DNA of 64,000 nucleotides, from contig OZ245777.1 of the NCBI GenBank assembly GCA_965227775.1, positions 2,272,001-2,336,000 of the forward strand. Direction: 5' to 3'. A program made the translations under genes and the position numbers. The first letter of the stretch is position 1. The number at the start of each line of letters is the position of its first letter. Origin of the DNA: Phycisphaerales bacterium (lineage in GTDB: Bacteria; Planctomycetota; Phycisphaerae; Phycisphaerales; UBA1924). Below are positions 47,331 through 56,855 of this stretch, one piece after another. The notes beneath the pieces are model-generated. The model was given only the letters and a program-made list of their open reading frames with translations, had not been told where the DNA came from and ran no database searches.

Positions 47331-48802
47331 GCGAGCCCGTCGGCGATCGCCTTGCCGACGTACGCGTCGCTCGCGGGATCCACGCTGAAGTCGCCGCGGT
47401 CGTGCACGAGCTCCTCACGATTATCGAGGTCCTTGACCTGCACCTTGTCTGCGCCGTGCAGCACGATGGCATACTTCGCGTGCTGCTTCTCGGCGTCGTT
47501 GAGCAGCTTCTTGAGGTTGCGCGTTGTCTTGTACGTCCGCCGCGCGTGCATGGGCCGAACGGCATAGCGATCGGGCGACCAGGGCTTGCCGACAAAACCC
47601 TTGCGCTCAATGCCACGACGGAGGTTGGCCAGCAGTGGTTCGACGAGCGCGTCCTCGTCCTCCGACCCCGCCACCACGAATGCCTCGGGCCGCAGGCTCG
47701 CGCCGGGTCGGCTGAGGGCATCCATCAACTCCGCCCCCGTCGGCATCAACCCCTTGTCATCCAGCAACAACCCCAGCACGACATCGCCCATGCCGAAACC
47801 GACCGCCGGCGTGGGCGGCCCGCCAAAGAGCTCGATGAGGTTGTCGTACCGGCCACCGCCGGCGATCGCGCGCTCACCCTCGGCGATCACCTCGAAGACG
47901 GTGCCGGTGTAGTAGGCAAGGCCGCGGACGATGGAGGCATCAAACCTGCACCACTCGGCGATATTTCGATCCATGCTGTCGAAGTAAATCTCGAATCCGT
48001 CTTCGTCTTCAAACTCAAAGAACACACCTGGCTCACCACTGTCGGGCAGTGGATCCTGCAGGGGATCAGGGTGTATCAGTGAACCAACGCCAGTGCACTC
48101 AGTGAAGTCGCCGGCTGCCTTGTGTAAGTGGACCATGTTGGCAAGCACGCGGTCGGATAGGCCGTGTTCGCGACCAGCTTGCACAAACTCCACTCTCGGC
48201 AGCTTCTGGACTCGATCCAAGAGACTTAGCGCTGTAGGGATGTCGCCCTCGCTAGCGCCGAGTGCGATAAGCCGCCGGACCACAAACTCGCGATTGCTTA
48301 GGTGAGCCTTAACATCTGATCGAGAGAGGCCGCCCGAGACTGTCGCATCGATCAGACAAGCGAGCACATCTGCGGTACCTGTGTTTGAGGTGTCCCCCAA
48401 TACATCCACATTCCACTGCAAGAACTCCCGCAATCTCCCCCGCTGCGGCCGCTCCGCCCGGAAGTACGGCCCGATGCTGAACCACTTCGTCGGGCTGGGC
48501 AGGCTGGCGGCCTTGGCCGCGTACATGCGGGCGAGGGTGGGGGTGAATTCGGGGCGCAGGGCGTAGTCCGCATCGCCGCCCTCGCGCCGGAAGCGGAAGA
48601 GCTCGCTCACGATGCCCTCGCCGCTCTTGCGGGTGTAGAGCTCGAGCATCTCGAAGGTCGGGCCGTTGATCTCCTCGAAGCCGTGGCGGATGGCCGTGTC
48701 TCGCCACAAGCGGGTGATGTAGTTCTGGCGGAGCAGTTGGTCCGGATATAGATCGCGCGTACCCTTCGGAGAGGGGACCGGGCTCGAGGTGGGCTTGGTC
48801 AT
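47327..48802 (-). CDS. hisS: Histidine--tRNA ligase
   Basis: PKGTRD, LRPEFTP, FRAERPQRGRLREF.Q, VRGLAYYTG, GGGRYD, AVGFGMG. Confidence 0.95.
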   Translation of the reverse strand: MTKPTSSPVPSPKGTRDLYPDQLLRQNYITRLWRDTAIRHGFEEINGPTFEMLELYTRKSGEGIVSELFRFRREGGDADYALRPEFTPTLARMYAAKAASLPSPTKWFSIGPYFRAERPQRGRLREFLQWNVDVLGDTSNTGTADVLACLIDATVSGGLSRSDVKAHLSNREFVVRRLIALGASEGDIPTALSLLDRVQKLPRVEFVQAGREHGLSDRVLANMVHLHKAAGDFTECTGVGSLIHPDPLQDPLPDSGEPGVFFEFEDEDGFEIYFDSMDRNIAEWCRFDASIVRGLAYYTGTVFEVIAEGERAIAGGGRYDNLIELFGGPPTPAVGFGMGDVVLGLLLDDKGLMPTGAELMDALSRPGASLRPEAFVVAGSEDEDALVEPLLANLRRGIERKGFVGKPWSPDRYAVRPMHARRTYKTTRNLKKLLNDAEKQHAKYAIVLHGADKVQVKDLDNREELVHDRGDFSVDPASDAYVGKAIADGLA

Positions 48803-48905
48803 CGTGAGGGGCTTCCTGAAGCTACAGATACCGGCCCGGCGTACCCGGGGGTGCCGGGTCGAGCCTCTCTCGGATCAGCATAGTGCGAAGGACAGGAGAT
48901 TTTCG

Positions 48906-49478
48906 ATGCGTACGACTCAGACTCTCGCAGTGGCAGCCATCGCCGGCAGCGCGTTCGTGCTCGGTGGCTGCGCGGCCACCGGCCTGACCGAAGACGCCCT
49001 GGCCATCACCAAGGCCGAGGCCCAGGCGACCATCACGCACCTCTCGAAGACCGAGCCCGAGTTCGATGGCCTGGTCAGCAGCAGCCACGCCTGGGCCGTC
49101 TTCCCCGGCGAGTTCAACGGCCTGTGGTACCTGGTCGGCGGCGCCGGCAGCGATGGCCTCGTGTACGACAACTCGGGTGAGGTCCTCGGCTACAGCCGCC
49201 ACGCCCGCATCAACGTCGGCATCGGCGGCATCGGTAGCTACAACGACTTCGTCATCTTCTTCCCCGACGAGGCGTCGCTCGAGAGCTTCCAGAACGGCAG
49301 CTGGTCGCTCGGTGGCGAGGTTGCCGCCGGCGTGCTCGGTCTGGCTGCCAGCGGCCAGACTTCCTTCACCAAGGACGTGACCTTCGTCAGCGACCCGCGC
49401 GCTGCCTGGGGCATCGCGGCCTACTTCACCATCGACAACTTCAGCTACAACGACATCGACGCCGCCATGGCCAACTGA
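48906..49478 (+). CDS. Lipoprotein, YSC84/SYLF-like lipid-binding family
   Basis: SD AGGAG; lipobox LGGC; AWAVFP...GG..G.GLV, VIFF, F..GSW.LG.E; strongly C/G-ending codons. Confidence 0.7.
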   Translation: MRTTQTLAVAAIAGSAFVLGGCAATGLTEDALAITKAEAQATITHLSKTEPEFDGLVSSSHAWAVFPGEFNGLWYLVGGAGSDGLVYDNSGEVLGYSRHARINVGIGGIGSYNDFVIFFPDEASLESFQNGSWSLGGEVAAGVLGLAASGQTSFTKDVTFVSDPRAAWGIAAYFTIDNFSYNDIDAAMAN

Positions 49479-49505
49479 TCGCCGAAGCTGATTCGTCTGA
49501 TTCCC

Positions 49506-49536
49506 AACGCCCCGACCTGCAAGGCCGGGGCGTTTT
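49506..49536 (+). terminator. Intrinsic terminator of the YSC84-like gene
   Basis: AACGCCCCG-acctgcaaggc-CGGGGCGTTTT. Confidence 0.75.
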
Positions 49537-49565
49537 GCGTTGGTGGCCGCGGCGGGCGGGCGACG

Positions 49566-49616
49566 AAAAAGGGGCCAGGTCGCAAGCACGAGTCTGGCCC
49601 CTGAGGGGAGGTATGT
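49566..49616 (-). ncRNA. Candidate small RNA with anti-SD (CCUCC) seed and intrinsic terminator
   Basis: Minus strand reads ACATACCTCCCCTC-AGGGGCCAG-actcgtgcttgcgac-CTGGCCCCTTTTT; GCAAC-N16-CGTAC lies upstream. Confidence 0.5.
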
Positions 49617-49815
49617 ACCAGTTGTACGCGGGCGTTCCTGTCGGGTTGCGGGTCGCCGGGCCGGCCGACGCGCCAGCCATGCGCCGACCATGCGAACGAC
49701 GAGCCGCGGCTACCATGCGGCCCAGCAGCAATGCCCGAACCGGTCCCTGCCAGCAGAGACTCTTCGGGCCCGCAAACACGCCCCTGCCAGCCCTCACACG
49801 GAAGACCTGCCGCTC

Positions 49816-51579
49816 ATGCCCAGCATCACCATCAACGGCACGACCGTCGACTTCGAGCCCGGCCAGACCATCCTGCAGGTGGCCAATGCCAACGACGTCG
49901 AGATTCCCTTCTACTGCTACCACGACGCCCTGAGCCGCCCGGCCCAGTGCCGCATCTGTTTGGGCGAGATCTGGGCGCCCAACCCGCGAAACGAGAACAA
50001 GCTCGAGCCCGTCGCGGGCGGTAAGCTCCAACCCACCTGCACCACCCCGGCCGGCGACGGCATGGTGGTCTACACCGATAGCCCCAAGGCCGTGGCCAAC
50101 CAGAAGGCCGTCATGGAGTACCTGCTCATCAACCACCCGCTGGATTGCCCGGTGTGCGATCAGAGCGGCGAGTGCTTCCTGCAGGACTACAGCTACGAGT
50201 ACGGCCGCGGCGTTTCGCGATTCCAGGAGCAGAAGGTCAAGCAGGCCAAGAAGGACCTGGGCCCGCACGTGTGGCTCTACGCCGACCGCTGCATCATGTG
50301 CACCCGCTGCGTGCGCTTCGATAAGGAAATCGCCGGCGCGGGCGAACTGATGATCGGCGGCCGCGGCAATCGCAGCGAGATCGACGTCTTCCCCGGCAAG
50401 GCGCTCGACAACGAGCTCTCGGGCAACGTCGTCGACCTCTGCCCCGTCGGCGCGCTGCTGGACAAGGACTTCCTCTTCGCGCAGCGCGTGTGGTTCCTCA
50501 AGAAGACGGCCAGCATCGACGGCATCACCGCCAGCGGCGACAACATCTCCATCGAGCACAACGAGGGCAAGATCTACCGCGTCAAGCCTCGCGAGAACCA
50601 GCAGGTCAACAAGCACTGGATCACCGACGAGGTGCGCTACGGCTGGAAGTTCGTGCACAGCTCCGATCGCCTCGAGGAGCCCCAGGCCCGCCGATACGGC
50701 GCGTTGGTCGAGGCCGAATGGCCCCGTGCGTATCGCGCGGCGCTCGATGGCATCCAGGCGGCCATGGACAAGGGCGGGCGCCTTGCGGTACTCGTGAGCC
50801 CGATGCTGCCGTGCGAGGAGGCGTTCGCGCTCGCCACGCTCGCCAAGTCGCTCGACGATCAGGCCATCTTCGCGGTCGGCCCCGTGCCCACCAGGGGCGA
50901 GGACAAGGCGTTCCCGCCCACCAAGTCCGTGGACGACGAAGACGCATTCGTCATGGTCGCCGAGAAGGCCCCGAACGCCCGTGGTGTCCGTCGTGTGTTG
51001 AAGGCCGTGAGCGGCGCGGCGCCGGTCGAGTTCCACGAGTTCCTCGGCGCCATCAAGAACGCCGGGGCGCTACTGCTGACGGGCAACTACCCCAGCGACT
51101 GGGCCCCGACGGAGCTGGCCGACGCGGCGAACGACCGATTTACCGTGCTCGTCGACACGCTGCCCAGCCGCCTGATCGACGCGAGTGACGTGGTGCTGCC
51201 TGGGGCAACCTGGGCCGAGAAGGCCGGCACGTTCGAAAACCACCGCGGCCTGCTCCAGGCATTCGACGCGGCCATCCCGCCGTTGGCCCGTACCGAGGGC
51301 CAGATTGCCCACGACCTGCTGGCCGCAAGCGGAGTCGATGCGTTCATCGCAGAACGGCCCGAGTCGCACTTCCGCCGCCCCGATGTCGCGGTCGTCGACG
51401 ATGGGCCGGGACAGGTGCCCCAAGCCACCGAGGTCGAGCTTCCTCGCGGCCTGCTCTTCGATGCCATCAGCGTGCGCGCACGAATGGCAGAAGCGGGCAT
51501 GGGCGAATTCGCCACGGACGTCTCGATGCCGCCAAAGTCTGACAAGAAGTCCGGCGACATGCGCGTCGTCGAGCTCTGA
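49816..51579 (+). CDS. nuoG: NADH-quinone oxidoreductase subunit G-like Fe-S protein (stand-alone)
   Basis: YCYH..L....CRIC, HPLDCPVCDQSGEC.LQD, CIMCTRCVRF, DLCPVGAL, EKAGTFEN. Confidence 0.85.
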   Translation: MPSITINGTTVDFEPGQTILQVANANDVEIPFYCYHDALSRPAQCRICLGEIWAPNPRNENKLEPVAGGKLQPTCTTPAGDGMVVYTDSPKAVANQKAVMEYLLINHPLDCPVCDQSGECFLQDYSYEYGRGVSRFQEQKVKQAKKDLGPHVWLYADRCIMCTRCVRFDKEIAGAGELMIGGRGNRSEIDVFPGKALDNELSGNVVDLCPVGALLDKDFLFAQRVWFLKKTASIDGITASGDNISIEHNEGKIYRVKPRENQQVNKHWITDEVRYGWKFVHSSDRLEEPQARRYGALVEAEWPRAYRAALDGIQAAMDKGGRLAVLVSPMLPCEEAFALATLAKSLDDQAIFAVGPVPTRGEDKAFPPTKSVDDEDAFVMVAEKAPNARGVRRVLKAVSGAAPVEFHEFLGAIKNAGALLLTGNYPSDWAPTELADAANDRFTVLVDTLPSRLIDASDVVLPGATWAEKAGTFENHRGLLQAFDAAIPPLARTEGQIAHDLLAASGVDAFIAERPESHFRRPDVAVVDDGPGQVPQATEVELPRGLLFDAISVRARMAEAGMGEFATDVSMPPKSDKKSGDMRVVEL

Positions 51580-51585
51580 ACAGGC

Positions 51586-52164
51586 CTAAGCCGCGCCCAG
51601 CTTCACCCGCAGCCACGCCAGCGCCATCTTGACGTCGTTGTTGACCGTCCGCGGCGAGACCCCAACGAACTGGGCGATCTCCTCGATGCTGCGCTGGCCA
51701 AAGAACTTGAGCTCCATGATCCGGCTCTGGCGAGCGTCAAGCTTCTCGAGTTCCTGGAGAGCCTCGTGTAGCGCGAGCACGTCCAGTTGGCCCTGTCCCT
51801 CCGGTTCTCCGAGGGCTCCCATGGTCTCGATATCGACGCGCCCGTGCCCGCCCCCGCGCTTGGCGGCGTTGCGTGCGCGGGCGTGATCGACGAGGATCTG
51901 CCGGATCGCGCGGGCAGCGTACCCAAAAAACTGCGACCGGCCTTCCCAGTCGATGCTGGCCGAGCCCACCAGGCGCATGAACGCCTCGTCAGCCAGGACC
52001 GTCGGCTGGAGCGTGTGCTCCCGACGTTCCTTGGCCATCGCACGCTCGGCGATCTGGCGAAGCTCCTCCAGCACGAGCGGCGCGAGCTCTTCCCGCGCGG
52101 CCTCGTCGCCCTTGCCGGCGTCTTGCAGCAGCTTCGTGATGCCCGTCGCGTCGCCTGCTTCCAT
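51586..52164 (-). CDS. ECF sigma factor, TIGR02999-like
   Basis: ITKLL..A..GD, HTLQPTVL.DEAFMRL, RQILVDHAR, KRGGG, ALAWL. Confidence 0.9.
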   Translation of the reverse strand: MEAGDATGITKLLQDAGKGDEAAREELAPLVLEELRQIAERAMAKERREHTLQPTVLADEAFMRLVGSASIDWEGRSQFFGYAARAIRQILVDHARARNAAKRGGGHGRVDIETMGALGEPEGQGQLDVLALHEALQELEKLDARQSRIMELKFFGQRSIEEIAQFVGVSPRTVNNDVKMALAWLRVKLGAA

Positions 52165-52261
52165 CGAGCCTTCCCCCGGGCCGCCACAGTCGCTGGCGGG
52201 CTATCTTCGTGTGCAGGGTAGCCGAGCCTCGTTTGTTCGTTGGCAACGCGGGAGGCCGTCC

Positions 52262-54979
52262 ATGGATCGACAGACCTACGCCCGGGCGCGCGACCACTTC
52301 TTCAGGCTCCAGGACATGGCACCGGCCGACCGCGCGGCAGCGCTCGAGGCGCTCCTTGCCGACGAGCCCGAGATCGGGCGATACGTCTCCGAGTTGCTGG
52401 ATGCGGAGCTGCCTGACTCCGACGACCTGTTCGAGAACGCCATCAAGCAGGGCATGGCCGACAAGGTCCGCGATCTCTCCGCATCGCTCGACCTGCCCGC
52501 TGGCCAGCGCATCAACGCGCTGACGATCGAACGGCGCCTGGACGGCGGCGGTTTCGGCGACGTGTACCTGGCCCGGCAGGATGGCGCCGACCGGATGGTC
52601 GCGATCAAGATCATCAAGGCGGGCATGGATACCGCGCGCGTGCTGCGGCGCTTCGAGTACGAGAAGCGGATGCTGGCGGCGCTCGAACACCCCAACATCG
52701 CGAGGCTCTACGACGCAGGGCATACGCCCCAGCAGCTCGGCTCCCGGCCCTACTTTGTGATGGAGTTCGTTGATGGTCCGCGAATCACAACGTACTGCCA
52801 CGGTGAAGGCCTCACCGTCCGCGAGCGTGTCGGCGTCTTTATTGACGCGTGCAAGGCGGTGCAGCACGCGCACAACAAGGGCATCATCCATCGAGATCTA
52901 AAGCCCTCGAACATCCTGGTCGCTCGCGAAGATGGGGCTCCCGTGCCCAAGGTCATCGACTTTGGCATTGCGAAGGCACTCGATGATCGCTACGCCGCAC
53001 AGACGCGGCAAACGCTCGAGGGCCAGGTCATCGGCACGCTCGACTACATGAGCCCCGAGCAGGCCGACGGCAGCGGCGACGCGGACATCCGCACGGACGT
53101 GTACGCGCTCGGCGTGGTGCTGTACGAGCTCCTGACGGGGATGCTCCCGTTCGACGCGCACAAGCTTGCCGACCTGAGCACGACCGACGCCTATCGCATC
53201 ATCCGGGAGGTTGAACCGAAGAAGCCGAGCTCGCGCGTCCTCCAGGCCGACCCGCCGAGCGCTCGCATTGCGGACGGGCGTTTCTTGAAGGAAGACCTCG
53301 ACTGGATCACGCAGAAGTGCCTCGCGAAAGAGCCAGGACGCCGCTACCAGACCGTGGGCGACCTGGTCGAGGACCTGGACAATTTCCTTGCCGGACTGCC
53401 AGTGAAGGCCGATGCGCCGCCCGCGACGTACAAGCTGCGAAAGTACCTGAGGCGAAATTGGCTGCCGGTGGCAACGGCTGCGCTGTTCATCATCAGTGCC
53501 GGCATCGCGCTGGCGATCTACGTCGGGCTCGTAGTCCGGGAGGCCAGCACGCGCGTCGAGCGAGATGAGTATCAGTCGAAGGTCGTGCAGCTCGAGGAGA
53601 CGAACACCCGCCTCGAAGACTCCGAAGCGCAGACACGCGAGGCCAATAGCCGGCTGCAGAGCCGCAACGCCGAGCTCGCCGCGACGCAAACGGAGCTCGA
53701 GTCGAAGAACGAACAGCTCGAACGGCAATCGATCGCCCTCCAAGAAGCCGTCGACGAGACGACACGGCTTGCCGAACAAGAGCGGCAGGCCAAGGAACAG
53801 GCCCAACAGGCCCGCGAGGCGCTCGTTCTCGCAAACGCAGACCTAACCGATGCGCTCGCGGCGCTGGACGCCTCATTCGGTGAGACACAGGAAGCCCGTG
53901 AGCGTGCCGAGGCTGCGCTCGTGCAGGCCGAAGAGAACGCCCGGCTGGCCGCGGCGGAAGCGGCCCGGGCCGATGCCGAGGCAGCCAATTTCAAACGCCT
54001 CTTCGATGAGGCAGAGGCTTCCATCAAGGTCATCACCCAGGGCAACCGCATTCCCAGCGAGGTGCTTCGTGAGGTCGCCGGGGCGCTCGATTCGGAGGGC
54101 CTTCTCCAGGCCCAGATCTACGAGCACTTGGCGCAGCGCGCCGCTGCAGACGCCAACTGGCGCGAAGCGATCGATCTCCAAGAGCAGGCCCTCGCCGCGT
54201 TCGTTGGCTCCCTCGGCTCGGACGACCGCGCGACGCTGCGAGCAAGGCTCGGGCTCGCGGCGTACCTGCAGCGCGCCGAGCGACAGTCACGGGCCGAAGA
54301 GCAACTCGACGTGCTCGGGATCGCCGCCGACCGAAGCCTCGACCCAGAGGACGCGTTGCGGACCGAGATCGATCTCGCCCGAGGATTCTCCAGCTTCTAC
54401 CGCGGCGACTTTGATGAGGCGCTCACGCTGCTGGACGCGGCTGCCGCCGACCTCGAGCGTCGGTACGGCCCGTTCGACCCGCGCACGCTCGGCGCCGTCC
54501 GGAGGCGGGCCATGGCGCACGCCGCGCTCGGCAACGTGGCGCAAGCCGAGGCGGACTACCGGCGCGTGCTGACGCTTAACGATGCGACGACCGACGAAGG
54601 GCGCGAGGACCTGGCCATCGCTGCCAACAACCTCGCCGTGCTCCTGAGGCAGTCCGATCGCAACAGTGAGGCAGAGGCCGTGCTCGGCCGAGCGGTCCGG
54701 ACCGCTCGTGGCGTGTGGGGCGTATCCAACTGGCGAACGGCGATGGTCGAGGCCCAGCACGCCAGCGCGCTCGCCGCGACGGGCCGCTTCGACCGAGCCG
54801 AGACGAAGCTGCTGGACGCCTACGACGTGCTCGAAGCGACCCTCGGGGCGCAGCATAGAGAAACGCGGGCGATTGCTCGCGAGTTGTTCCTGCTGTACCA
54901 GACCTGGGATGCCGCCGAAGGCACGACGAGGCACGCGAGCGAGGCGGCGCGGTGGCAGCGTGTGCTGACGCTCCGCTGA
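52262..54979 (+). CDS. Hanks-type Ser/Thr protein kinase with TM, coiled coil and TPRs
   Basis: GGGFGDVY, VAIK, HRDLKPSN, DFG, GTLDYMSPEQ, DLDWI; GGAGG before the ATG. Confidence 0.93.
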   Translation: MDRQTYARARDHFFRLQDMAPADRAAALEALLADEPEIGRYVSELLDAELPDSDDLFENAIKQGMADKVRDLSASLDLPAGQRINALTIERRLDGGGFGDVYLARQDGADRMVAIKIIKAGMDTARVLRRFEYEKRMLAALEHPNIARLYDAGHTPQQLGSRPYFVMEFVDGPRITTYCHGEGLTVRERVGVFIDACKAVQHAHNKGIIHRDLKPSNILVAREDGAPVPKVIDFGIAKALDDRYAAQTRQTLEGQVIGTLDYMSPEQADGSGDADIRTDVYALGVVLYELLTGMLPFDAHKLADLSTTDAYRIIREVEPKKPSSRVLQADPPSARIADGRFLKEDLDWITQKCLAKEPGRRYQTVGDLVEDLDNFLAGLPVKADAPPATYKLRKYLRRNWLPVATAALFIISAGIALAIYVGLVVREASTRVERDEYQSKVVQLEETNTRLEDSEAQTREANSRLQSRNAELAATQTELESKNEQLERQSIALQEAVDETTRLAEQERQAKEQAQQAREALVLANADLTDALAALDASFGETQEARERAEAALVQAEENARLAAAEAARADAEAANFKRLFDEAEASIKVITQGNRIPSEVLREVAGALDSEGLLQAQIYEHLAQRAAADANWREAIDLQEQALAAFVGSLGSDDRATLRARLGLAAYLQRAERQSRAEEQLDVLGIAADRSLDPEDALRTEIDLARGFSSFYRGDFDEALTLLDAAAADLERRYGPFDPRTLGAVRRRAMAHAALGNVAQAEADYRRVLTLNDATTDEGREDLAIAANNLAVLLRQSDRNSEAEAVLGRAVRTARGVWGVSNWRTAMVEAQHASALAATGRFDRAETKLLDAYDVLEATLGAQHRETRAIARELFLLYQTWDAAEGTTRHASEAARWQRVLTLR

Positions 54980-55006
54980 CCGGCTCGCTTCCGAATCACG
55001 TTCCGC

Positions 55007-55783
55007 TCAGCTCTCGTCGGCCTTGGCCAGCTTCCACTCCTCGATCTCGATGGGCGCCTGGCGGCCGAAGATCGTGACGAGCACGCGCACGAGGCCCTTG
55101 TCGGGCAGCAACTCGTCCACCGTGCCCTCGTAGCCCTCGAAGGGGCCTTCCTTGATCGTCACGTGCTCGCCCTTGACGAAGTTCATGCGAACCTCGGGCT
55201 CCTCGTCGGGGGCGCGGCTGGACATCTGGATCTTCTCGACTTCGTGAAGCTCGAGCGGCGTCGGCCGCGGGGTGCCCACGAAGTCGCCCACGCCCGTCGT
55301 CTCCTTGATCAGGAAGAAGACGTCCTGCGGGATTCGGCCGTCGTCCTCAAGCTTCATCTCGACGAACACGTAGCCGGGGTAGAGCTTGGTCTCGGTGATC
55401 TTGATCTTGCCGTTCTTGAACGTGCGGCTCTTCTCGGTGGGCACCAGGATGCGGCCGACAAAGTCGGTCTTGTGCTCGATCTGGACCTTCCGCAGCAGCG
55501 TGTCGCGGACCGAACTCTCCTTGTTCGAAGCGACCCGCAGCGCAAACCAACTCATGCCGGGCTGCACGATGGGCTCGTCGGGCTCGGTGGCTGCTGCGTC
55601 GTCGCTCGGTGCCTCGCTCGCAGTCTCGGGCGTAGCGGCCGCCGGTTCCGGGGCGGGCTCTGGCTTCGCCTCTGCCTGCGCCTCGGCGGTTGCTTCGGTG
55701 GCAGAGGCGGTCGCCTCTTGCTCGGTGGGGCTGGTGGAAGGGCTGCTCTCGCCGGCCTTGGTCGTCTGCTCGCCTTCGGTCAT
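55007..55783 (-). CDS. nusG: Transcription termination/antitermination factor NusG with acidic N-terminal tail
   Basis: WFALRVASNKE, YPGYVFVEM, GPFEGYEG, VTIFGR. Confidence 0.95.
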   Translation of the reverse strand: MTEGEQTTKAGESSPSTSPTEQEATASATEATAEAQAEAKPEPAPEPAAATPETASEAPSDDAAATEPDEPIVQPGMSWFALRVASNKESSVRDTLLRKVQIEHKTDFVGRILVPTEKSRTFKNGKIKITETKLYPGYVFVEMKLEDDGRIPQDVFFLIKETTGVGDFVGTPRPTPLELHEVEKIQMSSRAPDEEPEVRMNFVKGEHVTIKEGPFEGYEGTVDELLPDKGLVRVLVTIFGRQAPIEIEEWKLAKADES

Positions 55784-55941
55784 CGTGCACGCTCCAGAGA
55801 ATGACAGCGGCCGCGGACACGCTCCACGCGGTCCACGGCCGATACAGGATAGTTTAGGCCCGCCCCAGAGCAAGTCGAGCGGAGCGGTTCGGCAACGAAC
55901 GAGCGAGTGTGCGGCCGGAGGGCCGCTACGGAGCGCTCAGA

Positions 55942-56616
55942 CTAGATATCCAGCACGCCGATGGTCTTGAAGAAGAACTGGAAGATAAAGTCGAACCCGA
56001 ACAGGTAGAGGCCCAGCAGGGCCGATGCCCCGATGACCACCCACGTCGAGTTGATGACGTCCTTGCGGGTCGACCAGTTTACCTTGCGCATCTCGCCGTC
56101 GGTGGCGATGAGGAAGTCGACCGAGCCCTTCTTGATGGCGACAAAGTAGACGATGACCGTGGCGCCCAGCAGCACCATGAGCACGACCATGCCGCCCTGC
56201 ACGTAGATCCGCTCGATCACCGGGACGCCGCGCACGCCGCCGCCCGAGATTGTGGCGATCTGGCCGCCCTGGGCCCGGAGGGCCTGGATCTGCGACCGCT
56301 GGGCCTCGCCTTGGAGTTGCCAATCGACAACCGTGAGCACGCCGCCGTCGCTGCTGGCTTCTACCGTCTCGACGGTGGCGGTGCCGATCACCGGGCGATC
56401 GCTCAGGCCGGCCTCGCCGAGCAGTTCGACCTGTTGGCCGACCGCGAACTCGGTCGACGACCCATAGCTGGTGATCCAGGCGCGATCGGGAAGAGGGATG
56501 AGGAGCGCCTGGCCGTACAGCCAAGCCGCCGCAGCGAGCACCAGCACACCACCGAAAACGGCGGTGAGCGTCCGGGTCCAATAGCCCTGCCCGGGCTTGT
56601 AGATCGCAAAGGCCAT
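55942..56616 (-). CDS. secE: Preprotein translocase subunit SecE, long form
   Basis: YKPGQGYWTR N-terminus; DFLIATDGEMRKVNW, STWVVI; lies between tRNA-Trp and nusG. Confidence 0.88.
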   Translation of the reverse strand: MAFAIYKPGQGYWTRTLTAVFGGVLVLAAAAWLYGQALLIPLPDRAWITSYGSSTEFAVGQQVELLGEAGLSDRPVIGTATVETVEASSDGGVLTVVDWQLQGEAQRSQIQALRAQGGQIATISGGGVRGVPVIERIYVQGGMVVLMVLLGATVIVYFVAIKKGSVDFLIATDGEMRKVNWSTRKDVINSTWVVIGASALLGLYLFGFDFIFQFFFKTIGVLDI

Positions 56617-56640
56617 CGTGACTCCAAGCGTATCGAATCC

Positions 56641-56659
56641 GCCCCGGTTCGGCCGGGGC
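56641..56659 (-). other. Hairpin in the tRNA-Trp 3' trailer
   Basis: GCCCCGG-N5-CCGGGGC immediately after the tRNA discriminator base. Confidence 0.5.
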
Positions 56660-56661
56660 AA

Positions 56662-56734
<73 letters not shown>

Positions 56735-56855
56735 TCGGGATTTCATCCCCACCAGGGCCCTTCCCTGCCGGGCCCTAATGATTGGCGCACTCCACGCAAC
56801 AAGCGAGCCCGCACCGGGCCCAACCGACCCCGATCCTGCCGGTACAGTTCACCCG

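Noticed and set aside
47930..48440. Intein or intron in hisS
   Set aside because: No C/S...HN splice motifs or endonuclease motifs; length fits a normal insertion domain.
49613..49933. Plus-strand ORF MYQLYAG... after GGAGG
   Set aside because: SD is only 1 nt from the ATG, the ORF overlaps nuoG out of frame and the product is not protein-like; the minus-strand RNA reading fits better.
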